Assembly: GCF_006345805.1 (NCBI RefSeq)
Contig: NC_042997.1
Coordinates: 56,730,001-56,794,000 of the forward strand
From: Octopus sinensis
Taxonomy: Eukaryota
Length of the DNA stretch: 64,000 bases
Reading direction: 5' to 3'
Part shown: piece by piece, positions 26,102 to 37,917 of the stretch
How the letters are laid out: every line of letters begins with the position of its first letter
Numbering within the stretch: position 1 is the first letter of the stretch
The notes under the pieces: model-generated
Seen by the model: only the letters and a program-made list of their open reading frames with translations
The model's database searches: none
What the model was told of the DNA's origin: nothing
Program-made: the position numbers and the translations under genes

Positions 26102-26676
26102 TGGGGTAATAGCATAGGATGGTGTTGAGTGATGACCAGAATGTTTTTGTGTATCTCTTTTGCCATGTTCAACATGGCTAAAAAAGAATTTTCCTGCTTA
26201 GGGAGCAGTTTTTGGCTGGAGGTGTGGTTGCACTGTTGGATAGGGTTGTAGTTTCCACTTTTGTTGTTGTTGTTTTTGTGTCTTCCTGAAAAGACTGGAC
26301 CAGCATTACTGCAGCATGGTGTGTTTGTATTTTTATTTTTATTTTTATTCAGGTTTGTGTGTTGGCTTGAAGCACCGTTTCTGTTTGTGCGTCGGGTCCC
26401 TGGAAGATGAGTGAAGGGACAGTCACTCAGCAGACATGTTCTCTCACGTTGGGAATACCGGCAGATTTTGGGACTCCGAGTTGTGTGTGTTTTGAATTTC
26501 GATTTACTATTTGGTGGTGTTGATGTTATTGTGGGATGCGTGCTTTGGCCTTGGCCGGTAGTGCGTCTAGTGCCGGGTAGATGCGTGAAGATGCAGTCAC
26601 TATTTGTGCAGAGTCTCTGGCGCAGTGAATAGCGGCATATTTTGGGATTTCTTGTTTGTGCCGTGGGGGGGCGCAT
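26071..26676 (-). CDS. LINE ORF1 C-terminal part with two CCCH-type zinc fingers
   Basis: CRYSLRQRLCTNSDCIFTH (26637-26581) and CRYSQRERTCLLSDCPFTH (26463-26407), both C-x8-C-x4-C-x3-H. The Q/S/P-rich N-terminal part is in another frame (MADPNIGQ..). Confidence 0.75.
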   Translation of the reverse strand: MRPPTAQTRNPKICRYSLRQRLCTNSDCIFTHLPGTRRTTGQGQSTHPTITSTPPNSKSKFKTHTTRSPKICRYSQRERTCLLSDCPFTHLPGTRRTNRNGASSQHTNLNKNKNKNTNTPCCSNAGPVFSGRHKNNNNKSGNYNPIQQCNHTSSQKLLPKQENSFLAMLNMAKEIHKNILVITQHHPMLLPQCTNSPHCCH

Positions 26677-27235
26677 TCTGCTTCCTATGTTTCTTTAAGT
26701 TTTTGTTACTGCAGTAGTATTGAGGTGGTGATGTGGGGGAAGAGGGCAGTGGTTTCTTATTTGGTTTTTTGTTGGTATTTTTGGTGATAGAAGACGATGG
26801 TGGCAGCGGTGGTGATGATGATGATGATAATTGTGGTGGTTGCCGTGAGAGCGGTGAAAAGATGCTGGCATTTAGTGAATCATCTAGTATGCTAGAGTTG
26901 AGGAGTGGCTGTTGTTGTTCTTGTTGCTGTGGCTGTTGTTGTTGTGCTTGACCGATGTTAGGGTCAGCCATTGTGCTGGGAACCAGGAGTGGCTTATTCT
27001 GTTGTTGTTGTTGTGGCTGCTGATTTTCTAGCTGTTGCTGTTCTTGAACTGTGAAAATATAAAGAAGCTTTTCAAAATGGCCTTTTGTCAGTTTGAAAGA
27101 TACTTCGATATATTTCAGTTTACTACGAATCTGTTTGATGGATCGTGTGTTGATCACTTGAATCTGTTTGATGGATCGTGTGTTGATCACTTGTGATGTT
27201 TTTTCAGCAATCTCATTCAAACACAAAACATTTAG

Positions 27236-27487
<252 letters not shown>

Positions 27488-27506
27488 CTTGGAGAACTCA
27501 TATGTG

Positions 27507-27597
27507 TTTTAGCTGATGAGTACGGGACACTTGTATTTGCTGCAATTTTTGCAGCTTTTAATAAAGCTTGTCTTTGTATGAAACAATTGTACTAAAA
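27507..27597 (+). ncRNA. Type I hammerhead ribozyme motif with extended helix II
   Basis: TTTTAG-CTGATGA-[GTACGGGACA..TGTCTTTGTAT]-GAAAC-AATT-GTA-CTAAAA. Complete CUGAUGA/GAAA core, GUA cleavage triplet, 6-bp helix I and palindromic helix III ACAATTGT. Confidence 0.75.
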
Positions 27598-27743
27598 AAA
27601 CTAATCCCTTCTTGTTGCTTTTTTCTCGTTTATAATCACCCCACATTATTGTATGGTTAATACCATATAGTTTTCTGGTGTATCTAAGTTAAGTACCGCA
27701 TTCAAGTGAATTCATTAGAACTGACTTGAATCTTAATTGCTTT

Positions 27744-27807
<64 letters not shown>

Positions 27808-27851
27808 AAACAAGTAAAAAATAGAAAATGCTAAAATAATTTTATAGTGAA

Positions 27852-27899
27852 CATTTCAGTACCGGTTTCGGTCATTTTGAGACCTTTTCAACTGTAACG
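27852..27899 (-). ncRNA. Minimal type I hammerhead ribozyme, U3-A8 core variant (left arm)
   Basis: Minus strand reads CGTTACAG-TTGAAAA-GGTC-TCAAAAT-GACC-GAAAC-CG-GTA-CTGAAATG, with palindromic helix III ACCGGT. Confidence 0.7.
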
Positions 27900-30012
27900 A
27901 TTAAATAATTAAATTTAGAAAATTAGAAGAAAAGTTTTTTTAAAAGAATATTTCTATAGTAGTGTTCAGATTTAAGTGGCATTCTGCCTTTCTCTGACTC
28001 CCTTGTTTGCACTTGTGTGTTCGAGGTAGTTGTGAGCTCTTGGTAGGGTAGTAGAGAGAAGGCTGGTGAGGAAAGGGGGGTGGGAGAATCTGGGAGTGCC
28101 CTGATGGTCGTATTTTGAATGGTCAGTGGCGGCTGGCAGTCTCAGTTCAATTCAGGAGAATATTTATATTGACAGGCTTCTTTATAGAATTAGCGTAGGT
28201 GTTATACTAAAAAACATTAGTGACAAACTTAAGGGGTAGGGGGTGGAGAAGAAGAAGAAGAAGAAGAAGGAGAAGGAGAAGATGACGATGATGGTGATGG
28301 TGGTGATGATTATGACGACGATGATGATGATAACGATGATGATGAAGAAGAAGAAGAAGAAGAAGGAGGAGAAGGAGAAGATGGTGGTGATGATGGTGGC
28401 GATGATGATGATGCCGATGATGATGATAACGATGATGATGAAGAAGAAGAGGAAGAAGAAGAAGAAGAAAAAACAGAGAAGGGAGAATATGAATGTAAAT
28501 ATAGCTATGAAGGGGCTGATTAGTAATGGATTCTATTGAGTGTAGTATTTGTGTGTGTATATATATTTTTTTCTTTTATTCTAAAGTTGAGGTATATTAA
28601 TTGTTTGTCGTAGACCCGTTAAGAAGTGGCTTGTATTTTGTAATAAAGAGATTTTCTTTACTTATTCGTTGTCTCGAGGTTGTATCGTCCCTAAATTGGT
28701 AGAGGGGGAAAATTCTGAAGTTTGGTGTTTTTTTGTTGGCGCAAGTATCTATGTGTTGGCTAAAAGCTATTTTTCTGTTTTGGGGAATTTTTATCTGGGA
28801 TCTGTGCAGGGCCATTCGTTTACGCAAACCATTTTTTGTTTGGCCTATGTACTGCTCTTGACACAGAAGCCGACTATGTACACTCTTCAACACAGAAGCC
28901 GACAGTAAAAAAATGTGGAAGACCCAATTGCGGGATATGCGACCATCTAATCGAGGGTTCTGAGTTCTCCTTCAAACAGGGACAACGTTTTACAGTGAAA
29001 AGCAACTTCACATGTGCTTCGGAGAACCTAATATACTCACTAACCTGCTCCGGGTGTCAAGAGCAGTACATAGGCAAACAAAAAATGGTTTGCGTAAACG
29101 AATGGCCCTGCACAGATCCCAGATAAAATTCCCCAAAACAGAAAAATAGCTTTTAGCCAACCATAGATACTTGCGCCAACAAAAAAACACCAAACTTCAG
29201 AATTTTCCCCCTCTACCAATTTAGGGACGATACAACCTCGAGACAACGAATAAGTAAAGAAAATCTCTTTATTACAAATACAAGCCACTTCTTAACGGGT
29301 CTACGACAAACAATTAATACCCTCAACTTTAGAATAAAAGAAAAAAATATATATACACACACAAATACTACACTCAATAGAATCCATTACTAATCAGCCC
29401 CTTCATAGCTATATTTACATTCATATTCTCCCTTCTCTGTTTTTCTTCTTCTTCTTCTTCCTCTTCTTCATCATCATCGTTATCATCATCATCGGCATCA
29501 TCATCATCGCACCATCATCACCACCATCTTCTCCTTCTCCTCCTTCTTCTTCTTCTTCTTCTTCATCATCATCGTTATCATCATCATCATCGTCGTCATA
29601 ATCATCACCACCATCACCATCATCGTCATCTTCTCCTTCTCCTTCTTCTTCTTCTTCTTCTTCTCCACCCCCTACCCCTTAAGTTTGTCACTAATGTTTT
29701 TTAGTATAACACCTACGCTAATTCTATAAAGAAGCCTGTCAATATAAATATTCTCCTGAATTGAACTGAGACTGCCAGCCGCCACTGACCATTCAAAATA
29801 CGACCATCAGGGCACTCCCAGATTCTCCCACCCCCCTTTCCTCACCAGCCTTCTCTCTACTACCCTACCAAGAGCTCACAACTACCTCGAACACACAAGT
29901 GCAAACAAGGGAGTCAGAGAAAGGCAGAATGCCACTTAAATCTGAACACTACTATAGAAATATTCTTTTAAAAAAACTTTTCTTCTAATTTTTCTAAATT
30001 TAATTATTTAAT

Positions 30013-30059
30013 CGTTACAGTTGAAAGGTCTCAAAATGACCGAAACCGGTACTGAAATG
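30013..30059 (+). ncRNA. Second copy of the minimal hammerhead (right arm, one A missing from the core)
   Basis: CGTTACAG-TTGAAA-GGTC-TCAAAAT-GACC-GAAAC-CG-GTA-CTGAAATG. Confidence 0.55.
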
Positions 30060-30145
30060 TTCACTATAAAATTATTTTAGCATTTTCTATTTTTTACTTG
30101 TTTTTTCATATATATCAACTCGTGTGTTCCTTTTCACCCTTATAC

Positions 30146-30177
<32 letters not shown>

Positions 30178-30201
30178 TATATATATATGATTATATATAT
30201 G

Positions 30202-30252
<51 letters not shown>

Positions 30253-30305
30253 TGTATGTATATATATATATATATGATAGATAGATAGATAGATAGATAG
30301 ATATA

Positions 30306-30344
<39 letters not shown>

Positions 30345-30619
30345 TATATATAATAATATATATAATATATATATATATATAATATATATAGATATATATA
30401 TAAAAGAATGTATAGGCGTAGGAGTGTCTGTGTGGTAAGCAGCTTGCTTACGAACCCTATGGTTCTAGGTTCATTTGTTGTGCTTCTAATAATTTTGGGA
30501 ACACACACACACACATATGAATGAAAAGTTGATAAGAGAGGAGGATGGTCAATGATGTATAAGTTGAAAAGCAAAACATCAATAAAGAAATAAAATATAT
30601 ATATATATATATATGTAGA

Positions 30620-33600
30620 TATAACTTAGAATAACTTAGAAAGGTTTTGGCCAGTATTGGCCCAGGCCATGTCTAACTTAATAGCACCACCTGGTGAAGT
30701 CTTTCAGTTCAGGATTTGGGCACCAAGGCCCATTCGAGCAGAGAGTTATTGTTTGTGGAGACATATCCGGGTGTGGGTGGTTTGTCCGGTACTGTTTGAA
30801 GGAATTGTCCAAAAACTTCTTGAATTTTGTGTGGTCAGTTTCTTTTTGACGTGCCCTGGTGTAATGTTGAAGAGAGCAGGTCCAATTGAGGTGAAATAGT
30901 TGTGCCGTATTGTCGTTATGTGATGCGATTTAGATTTTTGTGTGGACGGATGGCACGTGGTCCAAGCCTTGGATGCATTTTGAAGGTGATGCCAACATCA
31001 TTCGACAGTGCTGGTGGAATATTTTCCACATCATACAGATAATGTAGCGTTCATGGCGTCGTTGGAGTGAATACAATTTCAGCTTCTCTAGTCTACCCCA
31101 GTAGTCAAGGTCTGACATGCCATCTATCTTTTTTGTGATTGACCTTTGGGGAGCTTCAATTCTCATAATATTTGTTTTGTGTAGGGAGACCACAGTGGAC
31201 AGCAGTATTCAAGGTGGGGTCGGGCAAAAGTGGAGAAGAGAAGGATAATAGCGTGGGAAACTCTCGACTGGAAGGTTCTGAGAATCCAGGAACACATTCT
31301 GCGGGCCATGTCAACTTTGCAGCTTATATGTGTAGCCCAGCTTATGTTGCTGTCCACTGTTACTCCCAGGTCTCTGATGTTGTTGGATGCCATGAGAATT
31401 TCTCCAGAAGGAAGAGAGTATGGGAGTTTCAGAGCGTCCTCCCTTCCAAAGTGGATCAGTTCAAATTTGTCTTCATTTAGCAACATGTTATTCTTTTCCG
31501 CCCATTGGACAACAGCCAGTAGGTCTGACTGAAGGTTTATTCGGTCATCCACGCCATTGATGACCTTCTGGAGCTTGGAGTCATCAGCGAAGGTTCTGAT
31601 GTACTACTGTGTTTGATGGTATCAGTAATATCATTTATGTAGATGATGAAGAGAAGTGGACCCAACACAGTGCCTTGTGGGACACCACTGCTGACTTTGG
31701 CTGGGCTGGATTTGACTCCTTCGACTACAACATGTTGGGTTCTGTTAGACAGGAAGCACTTGATCCACTGCAGCAACTTTCCAGTGACACCAATATTGGA
31801 CAGCTTTCTCAGAAGGATCTTATGATCAACCCTGTCAAAGGCCTTGCTGAAATCAAGGTAGATGACATCAGTGTTGGAACCTTCTCCCAAGGCTCTCAAA
31901 ATGTCATCAAAATGATGCAGTAGCTGCGTCAGGCAATCTCTCCCATTACGGAATCCATGCTGGTTGGGGTTCAGCATATTATGCCTCTCAAGGAAGTGAG
32001 TCATACGCGATCTCAGCACCCTCTCAAATACCTTGATGATATGAGAGGTGAGTGAGATTGGACGGTAATTCACGGCAAGCGATTTGTTTCCTTTTTTGAA
32101 AACTGGGACAACAGACTGGGATAGAAGGTCCTCTGGTATATATCCAGCATCCAGTGAGTTCCGCCACAGATTGGCTAGAGGGGGTGCGAGTTGGTTTTGA
32201 CACATCTTCAAGACACAAGCAGGGAACCTATCGGGACCTACTGCTGAATTATGCTTCATTTCCTTTATTGCTGCTAAGACATCAGGAGCGCCAAATGTTA
32301 TGTCCGATAAAGTGTATTGGGGAGTAACATCACTGATACAGCCCAGATCAGTCATATCAGGATTGCTGAAAACAAGAGCAATATTGTTTCTGCAATATCT
32401 CTCCCATGGTTTTGGCATTGTCTTGAAGAGTACCATTTTCATCAATCAGAGGGCCAACAGTAGAACCAGTGACTCTGTGTTTTTTTGCAAATGAAAAAAA
32501 CACTTTGGGATTGAGTTTGATCTTCTCAATGGCCCAGGCCTCTTCAGCTCTTCGCTGACTATTGATGATAGACATCATGTTTTTTGGAGTTTATGTTTTT
32601 TAATCTCTAGCGACGAGATGGCAGTCAGGTTGGTGTGTTGCTGTTGACAGTATTTCAGCATGTTGATCTTTTTGTTGATTCTTTTAATTTTCCTTATGAG
32701 AGATTTTCTATTTCTAGGGTTCGACACTTAGATTTGTTTGCAGATCTTAATGGGGTGTGTCTTGCACATATGTTCGTGATGATGTCTACAAGTGACTGCC
32801 AGGACTTTTTAATGTTAGTGGGTGTGTATGTGTGCGTGAAGGACCAATCAACTTGTGCAAGATCATTATTGATCGCTTCCCAGTTTGCATTGTGGAAATC
32901 CATAGTGTCAAATGGATGAACAGGAGGGATGACATTTGTTTTGCATTTTGGCCAGTGAAATCTCAGATCACAGAGAACATGTCATGGTCGGAGAGTAGGG
33001 TTTTCCTCCACTGCAATATTGTGGATAGTATCAGTGTGATTGCTGAAAATTAAGTCTAAGACGTTTTTGTGACATCTCGTTGGTTCGAGTACCAGTTGGG
33101 AGAAGAAGAAGTCATCCATGAAGTCAAGAAGCGATTCCCTGCCTCCCTGTCAGGGGTTGAGAGAGAAGAACCTGGCGGCAGACTGTTTGTAGACCAGTCA
33201 ACCCCGGGAGGTTGAAGTCTCCCATCATTAAAATGTTGTCAGGTTGACACTGCTGAATGAAACACTTTATGCTGTTGAGGCATTCCTTGAAGCATGGTAG
33301 GGGCGTTTGGGGTGGTCTGTAGAGCCCAACTACTGTTAAGTTGTTGGTTTGACTGAATACAGCGACTGCTTCGCAGTATCCATTCGAAAATATGTTCATG
33401 GCTTCTGTTGGAAATGAATCATGGACATAATGGCAGTCCCCCACCTTTCTCTTCGCCAGCACGATCAGCACGAATGGTTTTGAATTTTTAACTTTCACCT
33501 CGGCTTCCAAGTGGAGGTCACTAAGATGGGTTTCAGTGAGGACGAAGAAAGGGATGTGGTTTGGATGGGCCTCGACCCAGTCCTCCAGGAATCTTATCTT

Positions 33601-33941
33601 CCATTTTTGTGTATTGGTGGAAGGGCTGATGCCTTGGGCATTAAGCAGAAATGTTGAGGCGAGAGTGGATGGTTTTAATTGTTTTGGTGATTTGTTTATT
33701 TGATTGCTTTTTAATGGCATGTGCAGTGGGGTATTTGTGGTGGATGGTTGTGGGTGATAGCTCGGATGTTTTTTTCCAGTTCTTTTGCTAGATTCATCAT
33801 AGCTAAAAATGAGGAAGAAGAGGTGGTTTCCTGTCTAGGGAACCGCAGGTGACTGTGGCCGCGGCTATTTTTATGTGAGTGGTTATCTTTAAATGTCCGA
33901 CGAGTCCCCGGGAGATGGGTAAAGGGGCAATCCCTCTGCAG

Positions 33942-33945
<4 letters not shown>
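30620..33945 (-). mobile_element. CR1-like LINE copy 2 (related subfamily, 5'-truncated within ORF1, several frameshifts)
   Basis: APE (33124-33720) and RT (31537-32445, 31163-31552) are homologous to copy 1. The same 3' UTR is followed by a (TCTAAGTTAT)2 tail. Truncated at the second CCCH finger ([13 protein letters not shown]). Confidence 0.9.
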
Positions 33946-34012
<67 letters not shown>

Positions 34013-34136
34013 TATATATATGTATATATATATAGATAGATACATATGTAATATATAATATATATAGATAGATACTATATATATTGTATATATATATAAT
34101 AGATACATATATATATGTATATAAATATATATAGAT

Positions 34137-34178
<42 letters not shown>

Positions 34179-35029
34179 AAACGTATATACATATATGTAT
34201 GTATAAATTCTTAGCATTAATTGTTTAGGTCATCCAATTTTTCTCAACTACTCATTGAGTCAATTGAATAAACCTGTATAGTGAACCTATAATGTTTTCT
34301 GGAAACGACTGTAAGTCAAATTTAGTACAATAAAGAAAAATATGTAATGACCATGATTTATGCCTTGCTTTGTATATCACTCTGTGTGAAAACCATATAA
34401 CTAGGGCCTGACCATGTTTTTACAATAAAGAATGGGGAACTATAACCTTGGACCCTGTCACAAGAGTATGCAGAGGTTCTTATCTAATCTAAGTAATATT
34501 GTTATCCTGGTGTCCTAACAGAGAGTTTAGAAAGTATTTTACCTGGATTGATAGTCCCTCATTAACAACTGTTTTAAATTCTTACACACACATACGCACA
34601 CACGCACATAAAATAATGAAGGTGGCTAGATGCAATTCAAAACCAAAAACGAAATAATTCAGTCATTAAAATGTGATAAAGCATGCAAGGAGTACAAGCA
34701 TTGCTAGAAATAAGAATCAAAGGCCTCTTTAGCCACAGACACATACATATATATCCAAAAATGTAAGGAGTGGAACAGATAGAATATCAACTACAATTGT
34801 TTCAGAAGTAGCTGAAGTTTGGCTAATCTTCAGGTCATAGTCAACTCAGCAAAGTTTTGTGACACTGTAAACTTCATTGAGGTGACTATGACCCAAAGAT
34901 TAGCTAAGCTGCATTGTGTTCATTACTACTTACATAACAAACTTCAGCTAGTTATGAAACAATTGTATTCAATATACTGCCTGTTCTGCTCATTATATTT
35001 TTTGATATTTATTCACATTCTTAGTAGTC

Positions 35030-35715
35030 ATCATCATCATCATCGTTTAACGTCCGTTCTCCATGCTAGCATGGGTTGGACGGTTCGACCGGGGATCTGG
35101 GAAGCCAGAAGGCTGCACCAGGCTCCAGTCTTATCTGGCAATGTTTCTACAGCTGGATGCCCTTCCTAACACCAACCACTCCGTGAGTGTAGTGGGTGCT
35201 CTTTACGTGCCACCTGCGCAGGTGCCAGGCGAGGCTGGCCACGGCCACGGTCGGATTGGTGTATTTTACGTGCCACCGGCACGGGAGCCAGTCGAGGCGG
35301 CGCTGGCATCGGCCACGAGTCGGATAGTGCTTTTTACGTACCACCAGACCAGGGATCCTGGCTGGTTCAATTCGATTTCGATTTTGCTTGCCCCAACATG
35401 TCTTCGCAAGCAAAGGGGGTTGGCATGGGTGCCTGTCGTCGGATGAGGTTCTATATCGACTTCGCTTGCCTCAACAGGTCTTTGTGTCCAAGGGAGGAAA
35501 GGCATGCATAAGTGGGCTGGGCTCACTTGTCCTGCCTGGTCTTCTCACGTACAGCATATTTCCAAAGGTCTCGGTCGCTGGTCATTTTCTCAGTGAGGCC
35601 TAAAGTTCGAAGGCCGTGCTTCACCACCTCGTCCCAGGTTTTCCTGGGTCTACCTCTTCCACGGGTTCCCTCAACTGCTAGGGATTGGCACTTTCTCACA
35701 CACCTATCTTCATCC
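35030..35715 (-). mobile_element. RTE 3' end (ORF C-terminus, UTR and tail)
   Basis: VARMDEDRCVRKCQSLAVEGTRGRGRPRKTWDEVVKH..REKTRQDK, followed by the shared tail. Confidence 0.9.
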
Positions 35716-35729
35716 ATTCTCGCCACATA

Positions 35730-36090
35730 TATATTTGCATACTTACAAATACATACATATAGACATACATACATGCATACATACAGACATACATACATAT
35801 ATACATGCATACATACATACATACATGCATACATACATACATGCATACATACATATGCACATACATACATACATACATATTTACATGCATGCATACATGC
35901 ACACAAAGATACAGACATACATACATACATACATACATACATACATACATACACAATTCCATATATACATACAAACATACACACACACATACATATATGC
36001 ATGCATACATAAATACATATGCACATACATGCAGATTCATACATGCATGCAAACACATACATACCCATATATACACACATACATATGCAC
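35730..36090. repeat. Degenerate (CATA)n/(CA)n microsatellite
   Basis: Direct reading. It produces the spurious HTYI/CMYV ORFs. Confidence 0.9.
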
Positions 36091-37876
36091 CACCAGTTTT
36101 AGACGTATCAGTTTTCCGATTCACTGTTTTGTCCGACATTTGAAATCAGGATAAAAATTCTTAAAATATTTGAAACGAACTCAAAATAAAGAAACAGGAT
36201 AGAAATTGATTGTTGCATAACAAAATATGATAGCAGAGTGTGTAAAGTAATATCTATGTTGACCGATTTCTCAATCACAACGTGACTAACATCTCAGGTG
36301 TGGCAGTATTGGTTGACGATATGAAATTACGCCAGGTATGTTCATTATTCTCGATAATTTAAGAAAAGTGATCTTCTCTAAAATTTACGATGATTATCTT
36401 GTTGCTGGTGGTGGTGGTGGTGTTTTGTGTGTGTGTGTGTGTGCATTTGATATTGTTGGCATTGTTATTGTTGTTGCCCTCTCTTCCAGTTATCTGATCA
36501 AATGGCTGAATTGCAGCCACACATATATTGTCCCTGATATACATATGACTGCATCAAGCTGACACCATAGAGCATGGGTTCGACATGTGTCGTGGGAAAT
36601 GCGGCCACGTCTACCTCTTGTGCTATCTCTAGTGAACATTTAATTCTAGTGAGTTCTAATTTTAGATGTTGTTGTCCAGCTCCCAGATCATCTCTAATCC
36701 AGAAATCATTTGCTTAAAGACGTTCTAGCCATGACCATCCTGTCTTTTGGCTATGAGTAATGTTGAAATTACATTATCTACAATAGCCCTTCTTTCTTAT
36801 AACAGTAAGGCGTGAGCTGAGTGAGGTTTATCTGCTTTTTCTATCGGGTCTTCACGATAGCCAATTGACAGCTTTGCAGTAATTGTTGCGGTTCTCTATG
36901 TTCTGAGATCAAATCCAGCTGAAGTCAAATTCTTTCAGGGTCAATAGATAAACTACTAGATATAGCTACCTTACCTGGGAACTGCACCGACCCCATTAAG
37001 GGCCCAACACAAGGCATTTAAATAAATCACAGAGTTGGTCTGAGCAGAAATGTGTAGGTTGGTTGTGGTTGTGGTAGTGTTGATGATGCAGGTGGTGGTG
37101 GTGGTGATGGTATAGGTTGCAGAAGTGATGGTGGTTGGGGTCATGGTGATAGTGGTGGTCCTTTTTGCAAGGAAAGGTCAGTTTTGGAGTAGTTGTAGCT
37201 GTTTGGCCACAATTCAGCCCAGGTCCTTCAAACCTAGAATCAAAGACACTCCATCCATGACATACTCTTTGGATTAACCTTTCACACTATCCCACCACTG
37301 GTTGAAAATATTAAGTAGCAATAATATACTGTTCCTGTTTATCTCATCTAATTCTCTTTCTCAGGTTTTGAGGCATTGTGTAGGCTATGGGCACTGCCTT
37401 ACTTTCTTTCACTAATTAATTAGCATGGTTTATGCATAAATACTTTATATGCATATATATGTGCATTAGTCTACGATTGTTACATGCACATACTGCATGC
37501 ACATGTATATGTTTATTTGCTTGTGTTCGTACATACATAAAAACAACACAAGAATCCCTGCTAAACCATGAGTTGTAATGGAAACAACTAGCTAATCGAA
37601 ATTCCATTTAACTTTGATATGGTAATAACTGTGTAACTTGTGATGTTAATGTATATATATTTTAGATATATTTTATTGTATACTGTCCACTTTTTGTACT
37701 CTTTACTAGCTGCCTAATTATTTGAAGCTTACTAACTTACACTTGGATCACTGGATCATACTTACCTATTGATACACACATATATGATCCTTTGGATGAT
37801 AAGTGATAAGAACTTGGCAACATTCTATATATGTATTTTGTTTGTTTCATTTGTTGTGCTTCTATATAATTTTTGG

Positions 37877-37917
<41 letters not shown>

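Larger units (their letters stand above)
23000..27230 (-). mobile_element. Near full-length CR1-like LINE (ORF1 plus APE-RT ORF2), copy 1
   Basis: ORF1 26071-about 26970 with one frameshift, ORF2 23462-26101, a C-terminal piece 23079-23408, a conserved 3' UTR and a (TATCAAAG)2 tail. Clade assignment is from motif style. Confidence 0.9.
27803..30108. mobile_element. Penelope-like element 3' end with inverted pseudo-LTR (palindrome), GIY-YIG endonuclease remnant
   Basis: Arms 27803-28864 and 29054-30108 are reverse complements. VKKCGRPNCGICDHLIEG..NLIYSLTCSGCQEQYIGQTKNGLRKRMALHRSQI..KENLFITKYKPLLN. Both outer ends abut (TA)n. Confidence 0.9.
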
